A DNA stretch of 64,000 nt from assembly GCF_021246445.1 (NCBI RefSeq), contig NZ_JAJQXW010000002.1:558001-622000 (forward strand), given 5' to 3'. Position numbers and translations under genes: made by a program. The first letter of the stretch is position 1. The number at the start of each line of letters is the position of its first letter. The notes below the pieces were generated by a model, which was given only the letters and a program-made list of their open reading frames with translations, did not search any database and was not told where the DNA came from. Of this stretch, positions 36,007-46,270 are shown piece after piece. The stretch is from Rhabdothermincola salaria. GTDB taxonomy: Bacteria; Actinomycetota; Acidimicrobiia; Acidimicrobiales; Acidimicrobilacustridaceae.

Positions 36007-37221
36007 ATGAAGGTCTGCGTCGTCGGTTCCGGCGGCCGGGAGCACGCGCTCGCCGCCGTCCTCGGTCGCCATCACGAGGTGGTCGTCACCCCGGGCAGCC
36101 CGGGCATCCCCGGCTCGGTGGGCACGCCTCCGGAGCAGATCGACGCCGACCTGTTCGTGATCGGACCAGAGGCGCCGCTCGTCGACGGGCTGGCCGACCG
36201 CCTGCGGGCGGCCGGGCGCCTGGTGTTCGGCCCCGGCGCCGACGGGGCCCGCCTCGAGGGCTCCAAGGCCTGGATGAAGGAGGTGCTCGTCGAGGCCGGC
36301 GTGCCCACCGCCGCGCACGGCACCTTCACCGATCTCGACCCCGCCCTGGCCTTCCTCGCCACGATGGCGCCGCCGTTCGTGGTCAAGACCGACGGTCTGG
36401 CCGCCGGCAAGGGCGTCGTCGTCACCGACTCCCTCGACGAGGCCCGCGCCGCGGTGGGCGACTACCTCTCGGGCGAGGCGTTCGGCGACGCCGGTCGCAC
36501 CGTGGTCATCGAAGAGGGGCTCACCGGGCCGGAGCTGTCGATCCTCGCCGTCTGCGACGGGACCCGGGCGGTGGCCCTCGCCCCCGCCCAGGACTTCAAG
36601 CGGGTCGGCGACGGCGACGCCGGCCCCAACACCGGCGGGATGGGCGCCTACTCACCGGTGCCCGTGGCCGGCGACGACGTGGTCGAGATGGTGATGCGCG
36701 ACGCGGTCGAGCCCACCCTGGCCGCCCTGCGGGCCCGGGGCATCGACTACCGGGGGGTCCTGTACGCGGGGCTGATGCTCACCCCGGCGGGCCCCAAGGT
36801 CCTCGAGTACAACGTGCGCTTCGGTGACCCCGAGACCCAGGTCGTGCTGCCCCGGATGACCAGCGACCTCGGGGCCCTCCTGGCCGCCGCGGCTGCTGGT
36901 GCGATCGAGGAGGCCCCCACCTTCGACGACGGGGCCGCGGTCACCGTGGTGTGCGCCGCCGAGGGCTACCCCCGCCAGGTCCGCAGCGGCGACGCCATCG
37001 AGGGGCTCGACGAGGCGAGGGCCCTCGAGGGTGTCAGCGTGTTCTGCGCCGGCGTGGGTGCCGGTGCCGACGGTCGGCTGGTGACGGCCGGCGGTCGGGT
37101 GTTGGCGGTCACCGGGCAGGCGGCCACGATCGCCGAGGCCCGGGCCCGGGCCTACGAGGGCGTGGCCCGGCTGTCCTGGCCGGGCCTGCACCACCGCACC
37201 GACATCGCCGCCGGGCAGTAG
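36007..37221 (+). CDS. purD: Phosphoribosylamine-glycine ligase
   Basis: GSGGREHAL, GPEAPL, DGLAAGKGV, GPNTGGMGAY, RFGDPETQ. Confidence 0.97.
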   Translation: MKVCVVGSGGREHALAAVLGRHHEVVVTPGSPGIPGSVGTPPEQIDADLFVIGPEAPLVDGLADRLRAAGRLVFGPGADGARLEGSKAWMKEVLVEAGVPTAAHGTFTDLDPALAFLATMAPPFVVKTDGLAAGKGVVVTDSLDEARAAVGDYLSGEAFGDAGRTVVIEEGLTGPELSILAVCDGTRAVALAPAQDFKRVGDGDAGPNTGGMGAYSPVPVAGDDVVEMVMRDAVEPTLAALRARGIDYRGVLYAGLMLTPAGPKVLEYNVRFGDPETQVVLPRMTSDLGALLAAAAAGAIEEAPTFDDGAAVTVVCAAEGYPRQVRSGDAIEGLDEARALEGVSVFCAGVGAGADGRLVTAGGRVLAVTGQAATIAEARARAYEGVARLSWPGLHHRTDIAAGQ

Positions 37222-37351
37222 CCACCCCGAGCCCGCAGCACCCCGCCTGAGCCCGCCCGCGGCCCGCCCCGCGTAGCTGTCGGACTTGGGCGCTGGGGGG
37301 TGGCGCTCCAGTCCGACAGGTTCGTTCTCTTCGGCGTGGGGGTGGGGGTGC

Positions 37352-39502
37352 TCAGCCGCCGACGTCGGCGGTGGCGCGCACGGTGGCCGGGACCGACAGC
37401 ACCGACGGGGGCACGACGGGCGGCGGCTGGGTCACGACCCCGCCCACGTCGGCGCAGGCGTCGGCCGACGCGGTCGCGGCGATCGGGACGTCGCGCTGGA
37501 TCTCGGCCCACGCCGTCTGCACGTCGTTGCGGGTGATCTCGGCGAGGATGCGCTCGCCCTGGGGGGTGAAGTGCAGCCCGTCGGCGGAGCGCACCTCCAC
37601 CTCGGCGCCGGTGGCGTCGGGCAGCGTGCGGGTGAAGACCCCGTCGGGTGTCATGGGCCCCCAGTCGACGAAGCCGCTCCCCGGACGGCACTCCACCACG
37701 TGGCGGTAGAAGTCGCGGAGGTAGCGGACCCGGTCCTCGATGGGGCCGTAGAAGCCGTTGGTGGCGGCGTCGGGGGCGAGGATCCACAAGGTGAGAGCAC
37801 CGGCCTCGCGGGCGATGTCGGTGGCCGCGACGGCCCGCTGGGTCCACAGGGCGGCGTCCTCGGTGGCGGGCCAGTCGGTGACGGGATCGGAGTTGCCGCG
37901 CCGCAGGTCGCTGCCGCAGCACGCCTCGAGCACGACGACGTCGGGGTCGAACGCCTCGATGCCCTGTCGCAGGTCGTCGAGCCAGGCGCCGTCGTCGGTG
38001 AGGAAGTTCTCGCCGGGGCCGCCGATGGCCATGGATGCGATGCCGCTGTCGGCGAGGACCTGCTCGATGGTGGGGAAGCCCTGGTGGACGAGGGAGTCGC
38101 CGAGGAAGAGGACCCGTTCGAGGGGCACCAGCGGACCGGGGACCGGTGCCGCCGCTTCGGGGGCCACCGCCTCCAGGAGGTCGGGCTGCTCGGCGACGAC
38201 GTCGCGTGATGCCGCCAGGGAGTTGGCCCAGAAGCCGCCGACGAGGAGGGCGGAGATGGTGACGACGAGCGCCGGAGCCACCCGCCACGGGGTGAGCTTC
38301 CAGCGTCCCTGGCGGATCGGTTGCTCGAGCAGCCAGTAGGACGCCAGGGCCAGGGTGAGCGTGGCCGCGGCCCGCGCCGCGAAGAGCCCGAACCCCTCGA
38401 GCCCGGTGCGATCGGTGTCGATGAGGCCCATGAGCGGCCAGTGGTACAGGTAGACCCCGTAGCTGATCAGGCCGAGCCCGACGAGCGGGGGCCACGACAG
38501 GGCCCGGGCCAGCGGACCTCGGCCGAGGATGGACAACAGCACGGTGGCGGTGAGGGCGGCCGCGAGGGGGAGCCCGCCCCGCACGAGCAGGATCGACCGG
38601 TCGTCGACGGTGAACATGGCCACCACCAGCGCGGTGAGGCCCACGGCGCCGAGGACGGTGACCAGCAACCGGCTGTGGCCCGTGCTGTCGGGCTCGCCGT
38701 CGCCGTCGGGGTCGGCGTCCGCGTCGGCGTGTCGGCGCCGCAGGCGCGACGGCAACGTGGCACCGACGGCGAGGGCCAGCGCCATGCCGGCCGCCAGCTC
38801 GAACGAGCGCGTGTCGGTGCCGAAGTAGACCCGGTCGATGTCGTCGTTCCAGCTGAACCAGACCGTGGAGACGACCGAGAGGGCCACGATGGCGCCGGTG
38901 AGGATCCACCAGGCCCGCTTGCGTCGGGCCCGGCGGGCGATGAGCCAGGCCGCCGTGCCCAGCACCAGGTAGAACTGCTCCTCGATCGCCAGCGACCAGA
39001 AGTGCAACAGCAGCGACGGGCTCTCGAAGCTGGCGCCGTACTCCTGGCCCTGGGCGATGAAGTGCCAGTTGGCCACGTAGGCGAGGGCGCTGGTGACGTC
39101 GCCGCCGAGGGTGCGCAGCTGGTGCCCGTCGCCGGCGACGATGGTGATGGCGATGGCCACCGCGATGCCGGCGAAGGCGGCGGGGAGCAGGCGTTTGGCC
39201 CGCCGGGCCCAGAAGCGCCGGGCGTCGATGGAGCTGGTGGCGGTCCACTCCGACACCAGGAGGTTGGTGATCAAGAAGCCCGAGAGGGTGAAGAAGATGG
39301 AGACGCCGAGGTAGCCGCCCGGGACCAGCTCGGGCTCGAAGTGGTACACGACCACTGCGAGCACGGCGAGGCCGCGCAGGCCGTCGAGGGCCCGGTTGCG
39401 GGGCAGGTGACCGCCCGTCCCGGCGGGCCGGGGAGGGGGGTCGGCCGCCACGTCCTGTGGGGCGCTTCGAGTGCCCTCGTCGATCACGGACGGCATTGAC
39501 AT
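37352..39502 (-). CDS. AT3 acyltransferase fused to SGNH domain
   Basis: LDGLRGLAV, FFTLSGFLIT, HFWSLAIEEQFY; GDSL and DGLH. Confidence 0.9.
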   Translation of the reverse strand: MSMPSVIDEGTRSAPQDVAADPPPRPAGTGGHLPRNRALDGLRGLAVLAVVVYHFEPELVPGGYLGVSIFFTLSGFLITNLLVSEWTATSSIDARRFWARRAKRLLPAAFAGIAVAIAITIVAGDGHQLRTLGGDVTSALAYVANWHFIAQGQEYGASFESPSLLLHFWSLAIEEQFYLVLGTAAWLIARRARRKRAWWILTGAIVALSVVSTVWFSWNDDIDRVYFGTDTRSFELAAGMALALAVGATLPSRLRRRHADADADPDGDGEPDSTGHSRLLVTVLGAVGLTALVVAMFTVDDRSILLVRGGLPLAAALTATVLLSILGRGPLARALSWPPLVGLGLISYGVYLYHWPLMGLIDTDRTGLEGFGLFAARAAATLTLALASYWLLEQPIRQGRWKLTPWRVAPALVVTISALLVGGFWANSLAASRDVVAEQPDLLEAVAPEAAAPVPGPLVPLERVLFLGDSLVHQGFPTIEQVLADSGIASMAIGGPGENFLTDDGAWLDDLRQGIEAFDPDVVVLEACCGSDLRRGNSDPVTDWPATEDAALWTQRAVAATDIAREAGALTLWILAPDAATNGFYGPIEDRVRYLRDFYRHVVECRPGSGFVDWGPMTPDGVFTRTLPDATGAEVEVRSADGLHFTPQGERILAEITRNDVQTAWAEIQRDVPIAATASADACADVGGVVTQPPPVVPPSVLSVPATVRATADVGG

Positions 39503-39606
39503 GGGGTGAGGATCGTAGCGCTGAGGGTGGCCCGGCCCACCCCCGGGCGGTGCCCTCGGCAGCACGGAACCGAGCTCCGGTGAGGCCGCTGGCTACGTTG
39601 GCGGCC

Positions 39607-40950
39607 ATGGCGACGAACCCCGAGACGCTCGGGTCCCGGGCCACGCCGCCACCACGGTGGACGCCGGCCACCCGACGCTTCGCGATGGGGCTGGGGCTGC
39701 TGGCGTTCGCCGGCGCCGTGCTGCGCTGGGCCTACATCTGGTTCGATCGTCGCCACGCCGAGGTCTTCAACGACGGCTTCTACTACCACCACGGCGCCAA
39801 CCTCCTCGCGCAGGGGGAGGGCTTCGTGAACCCGTTCGCCCTGCTGCTGGAGGGTCGGGCGGTGGAGACCGCCGACCACCCCCCGCTCTACCTGCTCTAC
39901 CTGGCGCTCTTCTCGCTCGTCGGGCTGACCTCGGTCACGGCCCACCTGTTCGCCGGATCGCTCCTGGGCATCGGCTCCATCGTGGTCGGGGGGCTGGCCG
40001 GCCGGCGCATCGCCGGCGACCGGGCCGGCCTGCTCGGCGCCGCGCTCATCGCCTTCGCGCCCAACACGTGGCGCTACGACGGCGCCCTGTTGTCGGAGGT
40101 GGCGGTGATCTTGTTGGTGCTGGTCGTGGTGGCCCTGGCCTACCGCGGTTGGGATCTGCACCAGCCTTGGCTGTTGGTGGCGATCGGCGTGGTGATCGGG
40201 GCCGCCACCCTGGCCCGCCCCGAGCTGTTGTTGCTGCTGCCCCTGCTGGTCGCCCCGCTGGCCTGGTGGTCGACGGGGCCGTCGATGTGGCGCCGACTCG
40301 GCTGGATGGCCGCGTCGGGGGCCGCGGCGCTGCTGGTGATCGCCCCCTGGGTGATCTTCAACCTGGCCCGGTTCGACGAACCGGTGCTGCTCTCCCAGAA
40401 CCTGGGCGGAACCCTGGCGGGGTCGTACTGCGAGACGACCCTCGAGGGCACCTACATCGGGTACTGGGACTTCAACTGCGCGCCTCGGGTCCTCGACGCC
40501 GCCGGCATCACCGAGCTCGGCGACGAGCGCATGGACGCGGTGGCCCGTGACGAGGGCCTGCGGGTGGCCCGGGAGAACCTCGACCGGCTCCCCGTCGTGG
40601 TCGCCGCCCGCCTCGGTCGGGTGGCCGGGGTCTTCCGTCCGGGGCAGCAGCGCGACCTCGACGCCGAGACCGAGGGCGTCAGCTCGTGGGTGGCGACCGT
40701 CGGCATCGTCACCGTGCCGGTCACCCTGGCGGCCGCCGCCGCCGGGGCCGTCGTCCTGCGCCGGCGGGGTCGGCTGGTCCTGCCCCTGCTGGCGCCGGTG
40801 GTGGTCGTCGTGGTGACCGTCGTGGTGTTCTACGGTGCCACCCGCTTCCGCTCCACGGCCGAAGGCCCCCTGTACCTCCTGGTGGCGGTGGCCGTCGACG
40901 CCGCCTGGCGGAGGTGGGGCCGGGGTCGCGAGGAGAAGGTGGTCACGTGA
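39607..40950 (+). CDS. GT-C (GT39/ArnT/PMT-like) membrane glycosyltransferase, third paralogue
   Basis: NDGFYYHHGANLL, ADHPPLY, LLSEV, ARPE, TRFR. Confidence 0.82.
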   Translation: MATNPETLGSRATPPPRWTPATRRFAMGLGLLAFAGAVLRWAYIWFDRRHAEVFNDGFYYHHGANLLAQGEGFVNPFALLLEGRAVETADHPPLYLLYLALFSLVGLTSVTAHLFAGSLLGIGSIVVGGLAGRRIAGDRAGLLGAALIAFAPNTWRYDGALLSEVAVILLVLVVVALAYRGWDLHQPWLLVAIGVVIGAATLARPELLLLLPLLVAPLAWWSTGPSMWRRLGWMAASGAAALLVIAPWVIFNLARFDEPVLLSQNLGGTLAGSYCETTLEGTYIGYWDFNCAPRVLDAAGITELGDERMDAVARDEGLRVARENLDRLPVVVAARLGRVAGVFRPGQQRDLDAETEGVSSWVATVGIVTVPVTLAAAAAGAVVLRRRGRLVLPLLAPVVVVVVTVVVFYGATRFRSTAEGPLYLLVAVAVDAAWRRWGRGREEKVVT

Positions 40951-41741
40951 GCAGCACGCCAGGCGAACGGACGGGTCGGGCCACCGGTCGGGCACCGTCG
41001 TCGGGAGCGACGGGCGACCCGCCGCGGTGCCTCAGCGTGGTGGTGCCCTGCTTCGACGAGGTGGCCACGGTCGCCCAGTGCCTGGCCGCGGTCGTGGCCA
41101 GCCCGTACACGGCCGAGGTGGTCATCGTCGACGACGGCTCCACCGACGGCACCCGTGACGTGCTCGAGGAGCTGGCGGGCGCCGACGATCGGATCCGGGT
41201 GCTGCTCCAACCCGTGAACCAGGGCAAGGGTGCGGCGCTGCGCCGGGGGTTCGCCGAGGCCCGGTCGGAGCTCGTCATCGTGCAGGACGCCGACCTCGAG
41301 TACGACCCGGCCGACTACGGCGCAGTGCTCGGCCCGCTGCTGGACGGCCGGGCCGACGTGGTGTTCGGCTCTCGTTTCAGCGGCGGGGAGGCCCATCGCG
41401 TCCTGTACTTCTGGCACACGGTCGGGAACCGCTTCCTCACTCTGCTCTCCAACGCCTTCACCGACTTGAACCTCACCGACATGGAGACCTGCTACAAGGC
41501 CTTCCGCCGCGAGGTCCTCGACGACCTGGTGCTCGAGGAGGACCGCTTCGGCATCGAGCCCGAGCTCACCGCCAAGGTCGCCGCCGGGGGCTGGCGCATC
41601 TACGAGGTCGGCATCTCCTACTCGGGGCGGACCTACGACGAGGGCAAGAAGATCGGCTGGCGCGACGGGGTGCGGGCCGTGGTCTGCATCGTGCGGTACT
41701 CGTCGTGGGGCCGACGGTTCCGGGCCGTACGCCGGCCCTGA
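40947..41741 (+). CDS. GT2 glycosyltransferase (polyprenol-phosphate glycosyltransferase/DPM1-like)
   Basis: VVVPCFDE, VDDGSTDGT, NQGKGAA, QDADLEY, TDMETCYK, GKKIGWRDG; GTGA overlap with the upstream gene. Confidence 0.9.
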   Translation: MSSTPGERTGRATGRAPSSGATGDPPRCLSVVVPCFDEVATVAQCLAAVVASPYTAEVVIVDDGSTDGTRDVLEELAGADDRIRVLLQPVNQGKGAALRRGFAEARSELVIVQDADLEYDPADYGAVLGPLLDGRADVVFGSRFSGGEAHRVLYFWHTVGNRFLTLLSNAFTDLNLTDMETCYKAFRREVLDDLVLEEDRFGIEPELTAKVAAGGWRIYEVGISYSGRTYDEGKKIGWRDGVRAVVCIVRYSSWGRRFRAVRRP

Positions 41742-41760
41742 GACGGGCCGGGCCGGGCGC

Positions 41761-42159
41761 TCACCTGGGGTCGTCGTCGGACGAGCCGAAGGGCTCGTCG
41801 AAGAAGGAGAAGGAGTCGGCCGACCCTTCCTCGGCGCCGGGGAACGACCAGTCGATCGGGGGCTGCGGTGGGCTCTCGGCCTCGGCCTTGGCCCGAGCGG
41901 CGGCTTCCTTCTCGCGGCGGCGCAGCTCGCGCCGCGACACCTTCGCCGGTCGGGCACCGCGGACTCGGACCCCGGCGGCGGAGAGCGCGCAGTTGAGGCA
42001 GTAGGGCGGATGTTCGGCGCCGAAGGCGAAGACGAGGCACTCGCCGCAGAACGGCTCGTCGCAGACCCGGCACCGGTCGATCGCCTCTTCGAACTGGTGC
42101 CGCACGCAATGGGTGTCGATCAGCGTGGGTCGGGTCGGCGTGGAGCGGCGTAGCGGCAT
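41761..42159 (-). CDS. Small B-box-like zinc-finger protein
   Basis: CxxH-x8-CxxC-x4-CxxC...CxxC pattern, followed by a basic helix and an acidic tail. Confidence 0.65.
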   Translation of the reverse strand: MPLRRSTPTRPTLIDTHCVRHQFEEAIDRCRVCDEPFCGECLVFAFGAEHPPYCLNCALSAAGVRVRGARPAKVSRRELRRREKEAAARAKAEAESPPQPPIDWSFPGAEEGSADSFSFFDEPFGSSDDDPR

Positions 42160-42300
42160 GGGGTGCTCGATCGACGGAGGCGGCGCGACGAAGGTGTCGC
42201 GATGCTCCTCTCCTACTCAACGGCGGGGGGAGCCCGTTGCTTTACCCTGGAGCACGGTATCGGCCCAGGATTGAGCCGAACGGCCCATCCCAGGAGAACG

Positions 42301-43731
42301 ATGTCACCCACCACCGTGCCCAACGTCCTCGCGGCCCGCTACGCCAGCGACGAGATGGCCCGGTTGTGGTCGCCCGAGCACAAGGTGGTGCTGGAGCGCG
42401 AGCTGTGGCTGGCGGTCATGGACGCCCAGCGCGACCTCGGCATCGAGGTGCCCGACGAGGCGCGGTCGGCCTACCGGGCGGTGCTCCACCAGGTCGACCT
42501 GGCCTCGATCGATGCCCGTGAGCGGGTGACCCGCCACGACGTGAAGGCCCGCATCGACGAGTTCTGCGCCCTCGCCGGCCACGAGCACATCCACAAGGGC
42601 ATGACCTCGCGCGACCTCACCGAGAACGTCGAGCAGCTGCAGGTGCGGCGCGCGCTCGAGGTGGTGCGCGGCCGCATGCTGGCGGCCGCGGCCCGCCTGG
42701 CCCAGTTGGCGGCCGAGCACGCCGAGACGGTGCTGACGGGGCGCACCCACAACGTGCCGGCCCAGGCCACCACCCTCGGCAAGCGCTTCGCCAGCGCAGC
42801 CGAGGAGCTCCTCGGCGCGCTCCAGCGGGTCGACGAGTTGCTGGCTCGCTACCCGCTGCGGGGCATCAAGGGCCCGGTCGGCACCCAACAGGACATGCTC
42901 GACCTGCTCGACGGCGACGAGGAGCGCCTCGACGCCCTCGAGGCCCGTGTCGCCGAGCACCTGGGCTTCGGTGCGGTGCTGACCAGCGTCGGCCAGGTCT
43001 ATCCCCGGTCGCTCGACCTCGACGTGGTGTCGGCCCTGGTGCAGGCCGCCGCCGGTCCGGCCAGCCTGGCCCTCACCATCCGGTTGATGGCCGGCCAGGA
43101 GTTGGCCACCGAGGGCTTCCGGCCCGGCCAGGTCGGCTCGTCGGCCATGCCCCACAAGATGAACAGCCGCAGCTGTGAGCGCATCGCCGGCTTCACGGCC
43201 ATCCTGCGCGGCCACCTCACGATGGTGGCCGGCCTCGCCGGCGACCAGTGGAACGAGGGCGACGTGAGCTGCTCGGTGGTGCGCCGGGTCGCGCTCCCCG
43301 ACGCCTTCCTCGCCATCGACGGGCTGTTCGAGACCTTCCTGACGGTCCTCGAGGACTTCGGCGCCTACCCGGCGGTCATCGCCCGCGAGCTCGATCGCTA
43401 CCTCCCGTTCCTCGCCACCACGAAGGTGCTCATGGCCGCCGTCCGCCACGGGGTCGGGCGGGAGCAGGCCCACGAGGCCATCAAGGAGCACGCCGTGGCC
43501 GCCGCCCTGCGGTTGCGCGAGGAGGGGGCGGAGGGCAACGACCTGCTCGACCGGCTCGCCGCCGATCCCCGCTTGGGGCTGGCCCCCGACGAGCTGGCCG
43601 GCGTGATGGCCCGCCCCCTCGACTTCGTGGGGGCCGCTCCCCGGCAGGTGGGGGCGGTCGTCGCTGCCGTCGAGGCGCTAGTCGTGGCCGACCCCGATGC
43701 CGCCGCCTACCGGCCCGCCGACATCCTCTGA
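42301..43731 (+). CDS. purB: Adenylosuccinate lyase
   Basis: TRHDVKA, GRTHNVPAQ, GSSAMPHKMN signature. Confidence 0.97.
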   Translation: MSPTTVPNVLAARYASDEMARLWSPEHKVVLERELWLAVMDAQRDLGIEVPDEARSAYRAVLHQVDLASIDARERVTRHDVKARIDEFCALAGHEHIHKGMTSRDLTENVEQLQVRRALEVVRGRMLAAAARLAQLAAEHAETVLTGRTHNVPAQATTLGKRFASAAEELLGALQRVDELLARYPLRGIKGPVGTQQDMLDLLDGDEERLDALEARVAEHLGFGAVLTSVGQVYPRSLDLDVVSALVQAAAGPASLALTIRLMAGQELATEGFRPGQVGSSAMPHKMNSRSCERIAGFTAILRGHLTMVAGLAGDQWNEGDVSCSVVRRVALPDAFLAIDGLFETFLTVLEDFGAYPAVIARELDRYLPFLATTKVLMAAVRHGVGREQAHEAIKEHAVAAALRLREEGAEGNDLLDRLAADPRLGLAPDELAGVMARPLDFVGAAPRQVGAVVAAVEALVVADPDAAAYRPADIL

Positions 43732-43756
43732 CCCCACCGAGACCTCTGGAGCCTGC

Positions 43757-44635
43757 GTGAGCACCATCGAGCTGCCCCACCTCTACTCGGGGAAGGTCCG
43801 CGACATCTACGACGCCGGCGACGACCGGTTGCTGCTCGTCACCTCCGACCGCCTCTCGGCCTTCGACGTCGTGATGGGTGAGCCCATCCCCCACAAGGGG
43901 CGGGTGCTCACCGCCATGTCGGCCTTCTGGTTCGAGCACCTGGCCGACGTGGTGGGCAACCACCTCCTCTCCACCCGGCTCGACGACCTCCCCCCGGCTG
44001 CCCGGCTGGCGCAGTGGGAGGGCCGGATCATGCTCTGCCGGCGGGCCGAGATGCTGCCCATCGAGTGCATCGTGCGGGGCTACCTCACCGGGTCGGCGTG
44101 GAAGGAGTACCGCGCCGACGGCACCATGCACGGCCAGGCCCTCCCGCCCGGTCTCCTGGAGGCCGCTCGGCTCCCCGAGCCGGTGTTCACGCCGTCCACC
44201 AAGGCCGACGCCGGCCACGACGAGAACATCTCCTTCGCGGCCGCGGTCGACCTCGTCGGCGCCGAGATGGCCGAGCGGGCCCGGGCGGTGTCCCTCGAGC
44301 TCTACCGGCGGGGCGCGGCGTGGGCGGCCGAGCGGGGCATCCTCATCGCCGACACCAAGTTCGAGCTCGGTGTCGTCGACGGCGAGCTCGTGCTGGCCGA
44401 CGAGGTGCTGACCCCGGACTCGTCGCGGTTCTGGCCGGCCGACGCCTGGGCGCCCGGTGCCACGCCGCCGTCGTTCGACAAGCAGCCGGTGCGCGACTAC
44501 CTCGACGGGCTCGACTGGGACAAGCAGCCGCCCCCGCCGCCCCTGCCCGCCGAGGTCGTCGAGGCCACGTCCGAGCGCTACGTGCGGGCCTACGAGTGGA
44601 TCACCGGTCGGCAGCTGTCGGACTGGCGGGGCTGA
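43757..44635 (+). CDS. purC: SAICAR synthetase
   Basis: YSGKVRDIY, SDRLSAFD, DTKFELG, DEVLTPDSSRFW, FDKQ. Confidence 0.97.
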   Translation: MSTIELPHLYSGKVRDIYDAGDDRLLLVTSDRLSAFDVVMGEPIPHKGRVLTAMSAFWFEHLADVVGNHLLSTRLDDLPPAARLAQWEGRIMLCRRAEMLPIECIVRGYLTGSAWKEYRADGTMHGQALPPGLLEAARLPEPVFTPSTKADAGHDENISFAAAVDLVGAEMAERARAVSLELYRRGAAWAAERGILIADTKFELGVVDGELVLADEVLTPDSSRFWPADAWAPGATPPSFDKQPVRDYLDGLDWDKQPPPPPLPAEVVEATSERYVRAYEWITGRQLSDWRG

Positions 44636-44653
44636 GAAGCTACGGTTCTGCCA

Positions 44654-44926
44654 ATGATCTTCTCGGTGCACGTCGAGGTCCGGCTCCGGCCCGGGATCGC
44701 CGATCCGCAGGGCTCCACCATCGAACGGGCCCTGCCCACCCTGGGCTTCGACGGGGTGAGCGGCGTCCGGGTGGGCAAGAGCATCCGTCTGACCGTCGAG
44801 GCCGCCGACGAGGCCGCGGCGCGCGCCGAGGTCGACGACCTGTGCCGCCGCTTCCTCACCAACCCGGTGATCGAGGACGCCGTGGTCGAGCTCGAGGCCG
44901 TCGACACCGCCGGGACGGGCTCGTGA
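44654..44926 (+). CDS. purS: FGAM synthase subunit PurS
   Basis: DPQG, VRVGK, LTNPVIE. Confidence 0.96.
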   Translation: MIFSVHVEVRLRPGIADPQGSTIERALPTLGFDGVSGVRVGKSIRLTVEAADEAAARAEVDDLCRRFLTNPVIEDAVVELEAVDTAGTGS

Positions 44927-45579
44927 GCCGCCGGGTCGGGGTCGTCCTGTTCCCCGGCTCGAACTGCGAGCAGGACATGGTCGAGGCCGTCGCCCTCGTC
45001 GGCGGCGAGCCCGAGGTGCTGTGGCACGGCGACGCCACGGTCAACGGGGTCGATGCGGTGGTCGTGCCGGGTGGTTTCGCCCACGGCGACTACCTGCGTC
45101 CCGGGGCCATCGCCCGCTTCTCGCCGGTGATGCCGGCGGTGGCCGACTTCGCCCGCGACGGCGGTGCCGTGGTGGGCATCTGCAACGGGTTCCAGGTGCT
45201 CACCGAGGCGGGCCTCCTCCCCGGTGCGCTGCAGAAGAACCGTGGTCTCAAGTTCGTGTGCGACACCGTCGAACTGCGTGTCGACCGGTACGGCACCGCT
45301 CTGACCGAAGGGGTCCATGTCGGCACCACGCTGCGCATCCCGATCAACCACTTCGAGGGAAATTACACCTGTGACGAGGACACCCTCGCCCAGTTGATCG
45401 ACGAGGACCGGGTGGTGTTCCGCTACGTGGACAACCCCAACGGGTCCGTCGACGACATCGCCGGGATCTGCTCGACCGACGGCAACGTGGTGGGGCTCAT
45501 GCCGCACCCGGAGCGGGCGTCGAGCGAGCTACTGGGCAGCGCCGACGGCCTGCCCCTGCTGCGCTCCCTCGTGGGCTGA
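44923..45579 (+). CDS. purQ: FGAM synthase glutaminase subunit PurQ
   Basis: [30 protein letters not shown]. Confidence 0.97.
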   Translation: MSRRVGVVLFPGSNCEQDMVEAVALVGGEPEVLWHGDATVNGVDAVVVPGGFAHGDYLRPGAIARFSPVMPAVADFARDGGAVVGICNGFQVLTEAGLLPGALQKNRGLKFVCDTVELRVDRYGTALTEGVHVGTTLRIPINHFEGNYTCDEDTLAQLIDEDRVVFRYVDNPNGSVDDIAGICSTDGNVVGLMPHPERASSELLGSADGLPLLRSLVG

Positions 45580-45631
45580 ACCCCACGGCGGCGGCGGGCA
45601 GGGGCCCGGCCTCGTTGCGGTGCGGGCGGCC

Positions 45632-46048
45632 TCAGCTGCTGCGGCTGATGCCGGCCGCCTTGAGGGTGGTGGCGGGCACGCCGAGCTCGCGCCAGGCGTC
45701 GTAGGAGATGCCCTTGCGCTCGCCGTAGCCCTTGGCGGCGGCGACGAACTCGGTCTCGAGGGCGTCGAGGTCGACGGTCTCCTCCGAGGCCGACAGGTCG
45801 CGCTGCAGGTCCAGTCGTTGCTGGATCAGCTGCAGGCGCTTCAACGGATCTGCGGTGGGGATCTCCGACTCGATGCGGTCCAATTGCTTGCGCATCGACT
45901 CCGGGGTCCGCTTGCGGCCTCGTTTGGGTTTGTGGGCTTCGAGCGCCTCGAGATATCGACGCACTGCTCGCCCCTGTGCACGACCTTCCGCCAAGGCCGC
46001 TTTGTGCTCTTCGGACATCCCGTCACTGCCACGTTTGGTGGTAGCCAT
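45632..46048 (-). CDS. Hypothetical helical protein with a basic KRGRKR motif, possibly DNA-binding
   Basis: Natural-looking helical protein ([22 protein letters not shown], coiled-coil, [13 protein letters not shown]) inverted between purQ and purL. Confidence 0.75.
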   Translation of the reverse strand: MATTKRGSDGMSEEHKAALAEGRAQGRAVRRYLEALEAHKPKRGRKRTPESMRKQLDRIESEIPTADPLKRLQLIQQRLDLQRDLSASEETVDLDALETEFVAAAKGYGERKGISYDAWRELGVPATTLKAAGISRSS

Positions 46049-46270
46049 GCCCGGCACTCCATCACACATCTCATCGCGATGCAATCAGGGGTGTCGCCCC
46101 CGCTTGTCAGAGGTGAATGCCGACGGGGCCATTTCCGAATCGCCCGCGGCGCCATTTCGCGTTCTCGTGGCGTCGCGGCGAACCCATTCACCGAGACGCG
46201 TCGCGACACCGGCGCGACACGGCCGCCGCGCCGGATCGGCAGGTTGCCGCGGCCGGGTAGCGTCGGCGCC

